Assembly (NCBI RefSeq): GCF_033153115.1
Contig: NW_026889761.1
Location: 16,554,001-16,618,000, forward strand
Source of the DNA: Saccostrea echinata
Lineage: Eukaryota
Direction: 5' to 3'
Length of the DNA: 64,000 nucleotides
Part shown: positions 14,456 through 27,858 of the stretch, piece by piece
Layout of the letters: the number at the start of each line of letters is the position of its first letter
Position numbering within the stretch: the first letter of the stretch is position 1
Position numbers and translations under genes: made by a program
The notes under the pieces: model-generated
Told to the model about the DNA's origin: nothing
Database searches by the model: none
Seen by the model: the letters and a program-made list of their open reading frames with translations, nothing else

Positions 14456-15173
14456 ACCTGTATAAATGCAACCAGAAATAGACAAAATCCAGCAGACCAT
14501 CCTTTATTAAATTAACACATACATTCTAATTATTTACAATTACTAAAGATACACAATGCACAATATAATAAACATTATAATAAATAAGAAACATTACTTT
14601 TAGATTATGAAATATATTAACCTGTAAATACATTGAGCCATCTGAAAATTTTACCAATTTAACAAAAATCGCGTAAGTCTACAAAAATATCTTACCTGTA
14701 TAAATGCAACCAGAAAGAGACAAAATCCAGCAGACCACCGGCTGGATATGTCTCACTGTGCTACATTTATACCCCCGTACATGCCCGTACATGCCTTGCA
14801 TATTTGAGTATTTCTTCAAAATTTGTATTAATGACTTTTAATTTTGCTCTGAATTTAAATTGACATTATCCGTCCTTAAACTCTCTTTTAATCTTAAATT
14901 GCACTTTAAAATTCTTTTTGAACTTTTTGCATAATCTTGACTTTTCTTAATCTACAAACAAACAGCAAACTTCATGGAGTTACTTATCAGCGGTGAAAAG
15001 TTCATCCTGCACTCCTGCCCAGCATCTGTTTTTTCTATATTTATCCTGCGCGATCGGCTAAACCTTAATACATTTCCTACTTCACCCTCGAGATTCATAA
15101 ATTCCACAATATTCTATTTTTATGCAATTTTTGTTACGATAATCTTAAGAACATTCACTATAACTGTCCCGAA

Positions 15174-15557
15174 GTGAGCCGCTGCCGCACTGACCCAAAC
15201 TATGAGCCAAGCAAAATTTTGATCAGAGATCCGGTTGCCGAGAATCTGCTGAACAGCGCAGTCAGGAAGACGGTCGTGTATAAATGCCCCGAGGACTATG
15301 TTTTTGCCATGGACACTTATTACGTGGAGTCCTTCAGCAACGTCCTCAACATTTTTCATGACAAGAGAATAAGTTTTGGGGATGATTCCTACAAGATGAG
15401 GACATCGTTAGCTATCTGCCACTGGAATGAAAACGTCGACAGGCAGAGCACAGGCGTGTACGAGACAGTGACAGGAAAAACAGTGAAGACGCTGGTGCCC
15501 ATGACATTCAAATATAGAAACAACATCTGGTGCAGATTCCTTGAACAATTGACTTAG
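15174..15557 (+). mobile_element. C-terminal fragment of a Kolobok-like DDE transposase
   Basis: DTYYVESFSNVLNIFHDKRISF...Y..R..LA..HWNEN matches the ESF...R..LA..H.NEN C-terminal signature of Kolobok-type transposases. GC-richer than its flanks. Confidence 0.7.
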
Positions 15558-15592
15558 AATCACACCATGCTTCTAAAAAACAAAATACCAAA

Positions 15593-15639
<47 letters not shown>

Positions 15640-15808
15640 GGCTCTACATGTATAGAGGAGGCCTCCACGTGGCTAGAGCTGGAAACATCGGACAACTATG
15701 CGTTTTCTTGCTAATAAATATTTAATATGGCTAACGTCCTCTAATCTAATTATATCAAATTAAAATGAACAAATTATTATGATAGATTTTTAGATAGATT
15801 TTTATAGC

Positions 15809-16016
15809 AGGATCATGAAACAGACTTAGACTTAAGTCAAATTTTCAGTCGCTTGTAAAATATTTCTTAATTATTGAATTAATCTCTAAATTTGCAGAAA
15901 ACAACACTTTTGTGAAGCAATGTTGAAAAATATTTTAATTTTGGTCTGCTTGACTTCTACATCATTTTAGCATAAAATAAAGATTTTGACTTAAGCTTAA
16001 GATGTTTCATGATCCC
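15809..16016. mobile_element. Small MITE (~200 bp)
   Basis: Inverted termini GGATCATGAAACAGACTTAGACTTAAGTCAAAAT / ATTTTGACTTAAGCTTAAGATGTTTCATGATCC. Confidence 0.65.
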
Positions 16017-16438
16017 GGAGCCAGGAGTGTATTAACATGATACGACCATTGGCCGTTGTTACAAAAATGCAAGCTTAAATGATTAGTGTAGGTACATGTA
16101 ACTGTATCCAGCTAGTCTGATAATTTAAAAATCTGTATCCTTTAGTTTTTAAGACCTGGAAATTGGAGTGAAGTTTCAAGGAATTTCAACTGATGTTGAC
16201 TCAGAAAAATTTTTCTTCGGTGTGGGCATAATCTTTCTGATGCTCAGTGTGCACCAGCACTTATGAAATGTCCAATATATTTAATCAAAGGATCGATCAG
16301 AGTAGTATGTAAAACAGCATGTTTCAAGCAAAGATCTTGAGTAACTTTTCTTTGCCTCCTACATAGATGTTTGAGTATTATTGCTGCTGTTTGTTTTGGG
16401 GTTATCCTTCTTTACTTTTATTTTATTCATTATTTATC

Positions 16439-16477
<39 letters not shown>

Positions 16478-17930
16478 ATTTTTTATATTAATGTTTAAGT
16501 GCCTTGGAATAACTTTTATTGTATTTTACGTGATATAAATGCTATACAGTACTAGTAAATATATTAGTTGGCTATGGTTAGGTGTCCTTTAAAAATCTCT
16601 TAAATAATAATTTCATATATAATAAAATTGTTTGAACCTAATTATGGACGAATGAAACTAACAGACTTTACACAAAAAGCATGAAAATAACAGGAAAACC
16701 ATGTTTCTGTAAGTAAAACGAATTATTTTAACCGCATAAATTTTAAATTTTCATTCAAGATTTCACAATAATATTCCACAAAGTGATTAAAACGTTTATA
16801 GATTTAAAAGAATGACGGTACAAAAGAAAGCATTTTGAACATCATAAAAAGTTTACAATTTCTAAATATTTTAGAAATTTAATATTTCCATTAGTTACAT
16901 GCAATTAAAATTGGTCCAAAAATATATATCAATCCAATAATTTGTTTGTATCATCTGTCCATAATAATGACATTCATGTTGATTGTAATTTCGATTTTTG
17001 ATTGGAGAAGCAAATAATAAAATAAAATATTCTCAGGAAAAGTATATATACTTGTATACAATGTATATAATCAATTTTTAAGAAATAGTTGTCGCAGATG
17101 GTAAGATTTATAATAATCGTGTATTCTGTGAATTTATCAGTTCAAAGGAAGTCAAGCCCAATGCTTCTCTGGAAAGACCAGCAGGACTATTAATCTTATT
17201 TTTTTTCTTAGTTTGTCAGAAAAAAATGATGTTAGAAACATCGATACAATAATACTTATAAGAGTAACCGACCTTGAATTAATTAATATCAACAAATGTG
17301 AATAAGTATTTCTTCAGCGTACATTTTGTGTTTACCATTTTAAAAGCATGCCTTGAATTAAAAAAAGATTATTTTAATTTTTTAATATACATTTTTCATT
17401 TATTCGAAAATGTCTTAAAAATAACTTTTTAAACACCAATGTTCTTCACATTTTAAATTGATGACTTACATAAGATGCTATAAATAAGTAAATCTGCCTT
17501 ACGCATGCTCATTTTCACGCAAACATATATAACTTATTTACGCGTAATAGAGAGATTTTGTCAGGTAAGCGCTTCTGATAATTTTTTTTATATATAAGAT
17601 AGCAGTTCATATCACAGTATAAAACATTTGAAAAGATATAATCTCTATCAAAGCAACTTGAATGAAATTCCTGAATGTGTTTTTATTTTGCTCTTTTTTT
17701 TTTTTTTTAAGGAAATACCTATTCTAAAAATAAAATAACTTTTTACGCTATGGCCCAGAAATAACTAATTCTAAAAACCTTTTAAAATTAGACCTACTCT
17801 AGCGTGAAAGAGTAACAAAAAGTGAAAGAGCAGAATAATGGTATAATAGTACGAGTATATGTCTTTCTAATTTGCACGTCAATTTTGTTCTTTTCCAGTT
17901 GTACTAATCAGTATTCCTTCCTTTAACAGC

Positions 17931-20900
17931 ATGAATAGAAAAAGCAAAGACACGGTAAAGGTATGGTCCTGGGTCATTATCTGCATATCGACAAAAATCC
18001 AATTTGCAATTTAAAAAAGATAATTTGATAAAGTGTTAGTATAATGAAAGCTGTGGCGGATCCTGGATTCCTGAAAAGGGGTGGGGCAATAGGCCTAGGG
18101 TCTGGGGGCTTCCCTAGCTAAGGCTTCCAGTGTGTCCAGGCCAAAAGAAGTATTTTTTCATCTTGATTTAATTTTTGGTCACAAAAGGAGGAACCCTAGG
18201 GTCCCCTCTAAATCCGCCCGTAGAAAAGAAGTGTATTACATTTTCTACGGTGTAAAGACGAACGCCGAGCCCTGTAGAATAATGACAGGTTTTCATTTTT
18301 CGACGTCTTAAAATGACCCCGGCTCTTAAAATCCATGTGAATAAGAAAATTTAAATCGTAATACATAACATTGCATTACAAGTGGAAAAAAATAAGAAAA
18401 TACAGATACATGTACATAGTTTTGCTACTTTTATCTGTTATGGCCAAATTGATGATGCTTTCACCATTGATTGATGAATAAAAAAATATCAATTTTTATG
18501 TTATATTCCAATGTTTTACTCAGCGGTCCAACATCGATTTTTTTGGACCGCTCAGTAAAAGACTTTGTTAGGATAGATTTACATAGGAATGAATATGGAG
18601 GAAACGATTTTTAAAGGTATAACAAAATGTAATGTTCTTAAGATCCCCCCACTTACCTCTATGTGAGCAGTACCCCCCTTCTGTACTTCTGTGTGAGTTT
18701 TCGCTTCTGTTCGTTTGACTAGTTATAACATTTTAAGCTTAATTAATTAAAACCAATTTGGCCACACTGAAGCTCAAAATTCATAATAACCTAAGATGAC
18801 ACATCCAATAATCAAACGCGGATTAGAAGTTCCCTCTGGATGCTTTGTGCGTCATTCTGTAATTAGATATCGAGTATTATTTACTTTAAGGAAACTCCTT
18901 AACGTTCTTTTCCAGAGAAAAGTTGACCAGGAATATCAAAGTCGCATCAGTGATGTAGTGAGTAATATTATTTTTTGTCATATATATATGGCTATGTGAA
19001 AGAGGAAATATCAATTAATGAAGGTCTTTTTTATTTTGCTTTGATTTCATTTATACCCATTTATATATTGTAAAACTATATACTTATAAGTGATGTTAGA
19101 TTGAGTGTAATCGCAATTTATTTGTTAAAGTGATCTCCAATTTCATAATTTCACCGAACCCAATACGTCGATATCACAAACCATTGTTTCGTCAGCAATA
19201 CCGGTATTATTTGATTTAAAATAAATTTGGACTATTTTTTATACGCCAATAAAATATATCAAAAAAACAAAAAAACAAAACAAAACAAAAAACCAACAAC
19301 AACAACAACAACAACAACAAAACATCAACAACAACAAAACAAATGATATAAGATTTTTTAAATAAAAACATCTAAAACAAATATACCTGTTCACCTGAAG
19401 TCAACTCTTTCTGAAAAGAACATTTTAAAACCAAACAAAATAATTGGAAATTTAGTTGGTTCTTGCAACAGGTAACAGACGCATTGCCGTTCGAAGTTCC
19501 TCAGGGACAAAGCGTTCCATCTGAACAGGTTTTGGGAGGTAATTTTATTTTTTTTCTTAAATAGGCCTACATACATTCCAATTTTGAACAAATTTAAATT
19601 CCTCGTTTAGTATACCGTAAATCTGGAAATTTTTACTGTAGATAATTTTTTAGCAAATTTGCGTGTGCATTGCATTCGCAAAAATATTTTTCTTAAAAAT
19701 AAATCAACAACAAAAAAATGTAAACAAAAAATTGGTGGCTATTTTTTTTTAACTCAGTGAATTCATAAGCAGTAGCCAATTTAAAAAAACCTGTTTATAC
19801 TAAAGCTAATTACCCGTGATAATCCGTGCATGGAGAGTGCATTCATGTCTCTTTTAAATTATTTCTCCAAGAAAGAGAGGCCAGTTTTATACATGTATAT
19901 ATTTTGTAATTCAATATCAATTAGACATTTTTCTCTTTATATACCCGGTAGAGAATGTTTTTATCTGAAGGTCATTTAAAGCTGACATCGTTTTATCTAC
20001 ATTATGTACATGCGTGATTTAATAAAATGTTATGACAACTTTAAACAGTTAAGATATTTTATCACTTTTAATATTTTTTAATGTGTGATTTAATAAAATG
20101 TTATGACAACTTTAAACAGTTTAGATATTTTATCACTTTTAATATTTTTTATTTGATTATTGAACGTTGCAATCATTTAATATTGTATGTACATGCGTAA
20201 TTTATTGTATGTATATATGCGTAATTTATAATCTGATTATTGAGCGTTGGTATCGCTTAATATTGTATGTACGAGTACATGCGTGATTTATTGTATGTAC
20301 ATGCGTTACGTATTTAACTGTTTTGAAAATTTTAAGCGCTTTTCAATGGAACACCAATGGCAATTCGCAAAATTTTGAAACGTAAAAATTAATCAACAGC
20401 TTTTTGACCCAGATTCGCAAAAATAAATCGACGTAAAAATTTCCAGATTTACGGTATTCAACATATGAGGGCTGTTCGAAAAGTTTGCGGACAGTGTATG
20501 CACGGCTCACTTTTGTAATGGCCGACACCGGCCATCAATTTACACTAACATTATGTGAGTAATATGAACAAACTTTTCACTGAAAACTCACTTATCGCAC
20601 GTTACACCTAAATATAAAAGTAAAAGTGTACAGCGTCATTGCAAAATTTTAGGTGCACTCTACACCAACGTTGTGTGTGTAAAGTGTCAGGAAAAGATTC
20701 ATGTACAATCTACATCTAAAGATGGCATTAAGGTCAAAACAAAATCAGTGTTTCTTCGTGTGTTTTCCCCGCAAGGTGCCTCTTGGAGTTCACATAGGGA
20801 TGTACTCGAGCAGACCGTGATAATTTTGGTATAATTTCTATCGAAAATGCTATTTAGGACACAGCTTGAAAAACGAGTCTGCTGGCCAGTAGGAGAGGTA

Positions 20901-22573
20901 CATCCGCAATAGAGTTTCCCAGTCAAGATAAATGGAAAGTGATAATTTTCACACCAAAAACATTTCTGCTTTTCATTCACATTGTGTGGAAATGCCCTGT
21001 AATTATTGCTGCCAAATTAAAATAATGTTTCACCTTATAACTTTTGAAATGCATTATAAACTTTCATCCATATATAACAAGATTTTCACTTCCGAAACTA
21101 AATGAACTGTTTGATCTTTGCTACTGGAAGTATACCCATTCTTTTAAGCCTTTTCTTAATAGCAATATTATAAAAATTACTTTCAAAAACTTCGGTTTCA
21201 AATTCTGCTAATTAGACCCGTTTAAGTAAGTTTAATACAATTGAATGTCCTATTTTACCTTTCATGAAACACTAGTTTTATACTACATCTACTACATGCA
21301 TACTTTGCGCTATTTTCAATTCCCACCGTAGGTATTACTTCGTTCAGAATACTGGTTAAGAATGTTATCCACTGAAAAAAAAGATACCGCGTGGGTGAGA
21401 CATGTTCACTCTCTCTATATAAAAACATCAATTTTAAAATAAAAGCTTTGTGAGTATTCATTTAATTACCAAGGAACCTTGTCAGCATTTCCCCAGAACT
21501 ATGTGAACAAAGAGGCACTTTGCGGGGGCAACACAAAGAAACGCCCGTTCTGTTCTGATACTAGTTACAACTTTCAGATGTAGAGTATACGCGTACATAA
21601 CACTTTTCCTGACACTTTTCATACAAAACGTTGGTGTAGAGTGTACATGGAATTTTTGCAATGCCACTGTACAATTTGTACACTTTTACTTTAAGGATTA
21701 AAGTGTCAGTAAGTTTTCAGTGAAATGTTGTACATGTTACACACAGAACGTTAATGTAAAGTGACGATCGACCGGAATCGGCCATAGTACACTTTCGAGG
21801 TATTTTCTGCTTGCTCCAACACTTTCCTACACATCTGCTTACATTGATTTCTTTTAAACGAAGCTAAATATTAGGTCAAAATTTGGCAAATGAAAAAATG
21901 TAGCAATTAATGTAGCAAGACTAGTTTTTTCCCGTTTTTACGCCATTTTACAAAGATATGACTATATATAGACATTATCATGCGTATGTTTCGTAAATTA
22001 CTAAATTATACTTGCTCCGTGATCCTATTAATTTTGACAGTTTTAGATTTTGAATACGTTCAAAATATTATATCATGGTATATATGAAAATTTAAATTCA
22101 AACCATACGAATTTATTGTGAAAAGATGTTTATCAAATTTGAATATAAAATGACGTTTACTAAAAAAGATGCCAGAAAGACGAGCAACCCTCGTACATAC
22201 ATGTATATACTGTTTATCTTTTTCATACACAGCTAATAATTATATGTTTTTGACTCTTAGATGTGATTGGTGCTACTGGTTTCACAATATATGGATCTGA
22301 GCCGACACAAACAAGTATCAATGCAAAATCTAAAGCACAGGGGATGGGATTTTTGACAGATGATATAAATAAAGCGTTTGATTACTTATTACAAAAAAGT
22401 ATGCTATGCGAAGTTGGGTGAGAATTTGGTGAATCTTTTGCGTTTAAGTGGGTTAGACTTTGACTAAATAACAGTAAAGTTGACATATTTTATTATTTGC
22501 AGAGGCTGGAAAGGATGTGACTGCACAAGAACTTGTTGAAGAGATTTTGAGATCTCAGGCTGCAAAGAAATGA
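17931..22573 (+). CDS. Predicted 5-exon, 115 aa protein with a C-terminal IAP-type UBA-like domain and no BIR or RING
   Basis: Exons 17931-17960, 18916-18957, 19472-19538, 22261-22398, 22503-22573, all GT-AG and phase-compatible with no stops. C-terminus AKSKAQGMGFLTDDINKAFDYLLQKKAGKDVTAQELVEEILRSQ has the UBA MGF loop. AATAAA at ~22605. The last two exons are firmer than the first three. Confidence 0.65.
19615..20454. mobile_element. Second, longer copy of the TA-flanked MITE seen at 1815-2370
   Basis: Same TIRs CCGTAAATCTGGAAATTTTTAC...GTAAAAATTTCCAGATTTACGG and TA flanks, with extra internal sequence and tandem duplications. Confidence 0.88.
20466..21790. mobile_element. Mariner-like MITE with long (~180 bp) degenerate inverted repeats
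   Basis: Starts TGAGGGCTGTTCGAAAAGTTT. 20518-20696 is an imperfect reverse complement of ~21603-21786 (CTCTACACCAACGTT / AACGTTGGTGTAGAG). Confidence 0.65.
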
Positions 22574-24112
22574 TGAATCGAGAACTATTTAATTATGAAA
22601 TTCAAATAAACGTTTTTTAAATGTTCAATTGACAAGTATCAAAACATATTAGAATTCTTTTTGTAAAATTTATTACTACCACAGTGTGTTCAAGTTTACT
22701 TACCAAAATGTGTTCAGTCAAATAAAAGTATTTTACAGTTGTATTACCTGTAAGCATTTGTTCTTTGTTATTTGTTTGAAATAGATCAAAATGAATTAGG
22801 TTATTTGTATGTGATAACCTCGGACAGCTCTTGAACATTCTGGATATCAGTCTACCAAATTTCAAGACATATTCAATAACTATTGTCTTTTGTATGTAAT
22901 GTTTATTGGGTAAAACATGATATTGGAGGAGAGTAAAAAAGTTTAGTTTTTTTTGTTTTTTGTTTTTTTGTTTGTTTGTTTTTTTTTGGTGACATCTGAG
23001 ATATTAATCAATGTGTTACCAATTGTGTGTAACAAAACAAAAAGTGTTATGATATTGAAAATATTTTTGCATGCTGAAATATATAATTCGTATTTTCATA
23101 TTAATTTATGACATAAGAAACTCAAGACATATTATATAAGAACCTTCATGTTGGATGAAACAAAGGAAGAAATTCAAAAGACCTCTTTAAGAAATAAAAA
23201 ACACACAGATATATTGATATTTTTAAGCTTGTTCCTTGCTCTATAAAAAGATAATTCAATACTGTGAAAACTATTTCAAAATTGATTTTAAATCAAAGAT
23301 CGGAGTTCTTATCTAAAGAACTGCAATACCAAGAAATAAAAGAAAACTAATGAAAGTACCAGTAAGTAACTACAGGGTTTCCAGAGTGATTTCCATTGGC
23401 TTGGATTAGTAATTCGACGAATGTTACACGTCGGTATCTCACACAACATTGATTTTTTTTTTTAAAAAGAACCCTGAATTCTCCTGTTATAGAAAGTCTG
23501 AAGGAATAAAACTCAATGTTTACTTTTGTAATTGTTCAGCAAGAATTATAAGATTTTTTTTTTAGAATAATAAACCTTTCTGTAAAATGTTACAGGTATA
23601 CAGTTTTAATATTTTCTCAGTTATTACTTATATGTGATGAAATGATCAAGTTTATAATTTTCTTGGGGGTTGAGGGGGGGGGGGGGGTCGATTTTTGGAT
23701 GAAACTTATTGTATTAAAATTATGGCCCACTGATACTTGGATAAAGCTTCAATTCATACATATTTTTTAAACAGACAGGGGGCAATCCTCACATGATCTA
23801 CTTTTTTACTCGTGGAAATGGACTTTACGTCGTTTTTATTTCCTAAAAATTGTTAAGAAATTTCTGGATTGGATGTATTTTTGTGACTGGGGTGGACCCC
23901 CCCCCCCTTTAGAAAAAAATTCCTGGATTTGCGCATGTCAGCAGTAAACTCTGTTTAGGTTAACAACACTTTTTTCATCTTTTATTAGAGCTGAAATATA
24001 TTTGTGTATGTTTAATATCAAATAAATCTTAGAACACAACATGAAATCAAATGGACGTAGTAAAACTAATTGCTATATATATATTTATCGCCGGTTACTA
24101 TATTTAGAAGAA

Positions 24113-24185
24113 GGAATTTTCCCAAACTTATTCTGATCTCTTGCGTGGTATTTAAATGTGCTCTGACAAAGTGTATATATATAAA
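24113..24185 (+). promoter_or_regulatory. Candidate kB (Rel/NF-kB) site and TATA box upstream of IAP gene 1
   Basis: GGAATTTTCCC (reverse complement GGGAAAATTCC) at 24113-24123 and TATATATAAA at ~24176-24185, ~40 bp before the ATG. Confidence 0.45.
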
Positions 24186-24221
24186 GTTTCGGACCACTGA
24201 CATTAGATTTTCTCTTCCAAT

Positions 24222-25966
24222 ATGACCGGGAACATCATCCGACAGAGTTATGCCGGCCAGTTGAAAAGAAGGCTTCCTGCTAAACATTTTGAATACAGGG
24301 ACCTTCAGGCGAGGATCCAAACATTTGCATCATGGCCAATAAATGTTCAGGCCAAAAAACTCGCAGAGGCAGGATTCTTTTCAATTAGTAAGCCATTCCT
24401 AAAACGCACTAAAATATGCACATTCAGAAAAAAATAATTTATATTTTAATGAAGTTTACTCCTACAGGTGAGTTTTCAACTAATTTCTTAATCTACTTAT
24501 TTTAGAGGTAGAAGACTCAGTGCGCTGTTTTCAGTGTGGGGTGGGGTTAAGAAACTGGGACCCCGAAGATGACCCCTGGGTGGAGCATGCAAGATGGAGG
24601 CCAAGTTGTCCTTTTGTAGTAAACAATACTTCTGCTGAATTCATTGCACAAGTTCAAGAGGCTGCACGGAGAGAAGAGGTAATTACTAGAAGAACCACAA
24701 ATAAGAAATAATAAAATGATAATGTAAAAAAAAAAATAAATATATAAATAAAGAAATAAATAAGTAAAAAATAGATAAATAAAGAAATAAAAATAAATAA
24801 ATAAATGAATAAAAATGTTTGGATTTTAATTCTTTTTTTTCCCCCTCTAATTATTTTTTTTTATTTTACATAAATTATTTTACATATATTCAAATTTCTT
24901 ATTACGTTGGATCACTTTTTTAAAGAACAGATCTGTTTTATTTATTTCAAATTAATAGTTTTATTCTTTTCTTTTTAAGGCTGACACAGGGAATGAATAT
25001 TCCAACAGATTGCAAGTAAACGATATTGAACAAGACTGTCCACCACATAGAGCAATAAAACGTAGGTTAAAATTAAATTGAATTTATTTACATTTCTTAA
25101 GAGGAAAAAAACCCAAATATATTCAATTTGATTTTTGAATTTTTATATAATTTCTTTAGAAAATTTGTATGTTGTATCATTTCTATTTTTAGAGAGTGAT
25201 TTATACGAATACCCCGAGTCCACTTACGAAAAAAACCCACTTCTTACAGACGCAGCACAAAGTGTGCTAGAGTTTGGGTATCTTCCAAAAACCATCAAAG
25301 AAGCGATAGAAAATATTATTCCACAAGTTGGAGGTGGTTCACTTTTTCATTTATACAGTTAATTCACCTAATTAAATGAAAAATATATCTACTATTTAAC
25401 TAATAATTATGTTCATGAGAAATGGGTCGTAATTATATATCTCTGTATTTATTTTAATTATAGGATGGAAAAACCTTACGGGATCCCTCATTTTGGAGGA
25501 AATTTTTAGATTAGAGGATGAAGGATGTGTAACTAACAGTAAAAATGCCAAATCCAAATCGAGGCAGCTATCGAATGGTGTGTGGATTGTTTCACATATT
25601 TTTAAAAATATGTCTGTAAAACAGGATTCTCAGATTTTTTCAATTTTCGCAATAACTTAGATTAAAAGGTTATTTTAAACATTTTCTGTTTTCTCTTCAC
25701 TGGTGAAAAATCATTTAAAAATTATAAATAAATGATGTAAATTGTTTCTAATAAATGAATTTTAAATTTCAGACGAAATGAAAAAGGAAAACGAATCTAT
25801 GCGAGAAGCACACACGTGTAAGATATGTTGCGAAAAAACAGTTGCCATAGTTTTCCTTCCGTGTGGACATCTGGTTTGTTGTGCACAATGTGCTCCAGCT
25901 CTAAAGAAGTGTCCAATGTGTCGCCAACAGATCAAAGGGTCAACAAGGGTGACGTTTGGGACTTGA
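24222..25966 (+). CDS. Inhibitor of apoptosis protein (BIR-UBA-RING), 6 coding exons
   Basis: Exons 24222-24387, 24506-24678, 24980-25061, 25193-25333, 25464-25577, 25773-25966 are phase-consistent. BIR: RIQTFASWP...LAEAGFF...[33 protein letters not shown]-like: [13 protein letters not shown]: [36 protein letters not shown]. Confidence 0.93.
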
Positions 25967-26406
25967 ACGTGATTTCGATTATCTGCTGAACTTAAAAATC
26001 AACGCTGGAAGCAAGTTGAAGCGAAATGTCACTGTGCATTCTGCGAAAAAGTCCCGAAGTTACATTTAATTAAACTACATTAATTTGATAACCATATTGT
26101 TCAATCAACTTCGGGCACTCACGCATGCGTAATAATACCTAAAGAAAATATGCTGGTTTTGATACGTGGTCTTGATGACTTTATTAATTAATATGCACAC
26201 TTGATTTTTAAGACAGGTCATTCATTTATTCAAGTATATAAATAATGATGTGTTGTCTTATCAAATCTTAAATACTCAAATTATAAAACAATGGATAAGT
26301 TGTTTAAATGATTGTTTTATGCAGTTTTATGTGCAATAAATAGATTTCTGTTACATTTTTTTCCCTCTTTTTTTTTTTAGAATACACTAACGTAAAAATT
26401 TTATAT

Positions 26407-26446
<40 letters not shown>

Positions 26447-26934
26447 AATGAGTTATACTTCTCAACATGTTTATGAATTCAATGGTGTATAACGCACATT
26501 TTAAATTTTTTTAATGCAACTATGTAAACAAAACTCAAGATATTTAAAATCAAAATTTTTACCCACGTCTGTACTTAGTTTATTTTCTTGAGGCCAGTGA
26601 AAGTAAGTAACTGGTTTTTCTTAAGCTCGTATTCTTTACTTTTTTTCATTTTCAAGAGACCCGAGAATTGTCGAGTGTTTCTTTAAAAAATAAGTGATAT
26701 TTAATTTCTTAGACTTAATCTTTATTAGTATTTTCTTAAAGAAAAAGTCAGACATTTAAAAAAAAAAGAAGAACGATAAAAGAAAGTAATCCGGCAAACA
26801 TTAACAATTCTGGTAATAATACTTGAATAATTATACTTCATATAAAGAGAGTAGGCTGATTTATACCATGCACAAGGTTTCTCCAGAACCCTTTCATCAG
26901 TTCATCTTTTCTCCTGAATTTAACAACGCCTTAA

Positions 26935-27473
26935 GGAGGGATTCTTCCTCATTTTATTATATTAAAAAAAAAAAAAATAATAATTTTTTTACAGATTCAA
27001 GAAGATAATATTACTAAGAATAAACTTTACCGTTTTATTTCAGGAGCAAAGTCAGGTCAAGGTAATATGCTTTTTCTTGACATGAAGAAAAAAAAAATTC
27101 TGTTGCCAATCATGTAATGCCTAGTTCTATTTCAAAAGATTAAATTAGTGAATTGCGACCGTTAATGCTGATTTAACGGTTGCAAACTGAGTATTACCGA
27201 CGATGTATAAGCGGAGCCGATAAAACGATGTTTTCCGAATTTCCTCTATTTTTTTTTTAAAAAATTGTTTAGGGAATATAAGTTATTTTAATGTGCTTCT
27301 TATATTTAAATTTTTCTTATTTTCACACATGGTGAAGTAGTCGTACAAAGAATCAAAAGATACAAAGACAAAAAGTTTTGACCGTTTAGTAAGAGGGGGA
27401 AAATAAAAACACTTTTTACTGATTTTTGGCTTAGTAAATGGTTTCTTTGATTGGAAACTTTCAAAAGCTTACA

Positions 27474-27510
<37 letters not shown>

Positions 27511-27858
27511 AGAAAATCATACTTATTTGACATAATCTAAAGCTTTAGTTCATAGTTATTATTTTCAGTACCTTCAGAAAATTTCTTCAAGTCCTTTATA
27601 ATTAAAAAAAAATTAACTGAATTAAATAAATTCATTATTCTGTATATTTACATGCGCCGCCGTTCCGGATCCTCCAAAAATATAGTCCCTGTTAGATTTC
27701 AAACTCAGTTAACCATTTATATTTAAAGTTGAACGATTATGAGAAGGAATATAGAATAATATCATTAAATTAAATCCCTTACAACTAGTTATGTAAATCA
27801 TAAAAGCAAATATACTCTGAATATTCCATTTAGTCAGAAACCAGACAAGAATCCCTCC
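26935..27858. mobile_element. TTAA-flanked non-autonomous element (Kolobok-type MITE)
   Basis: TTAA|GGAGGGATTCTT ... AAGAATCCCTCC|TTAA, i.e. purine-purine termini with a TTAA target duplication. Confidence 0.75.
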
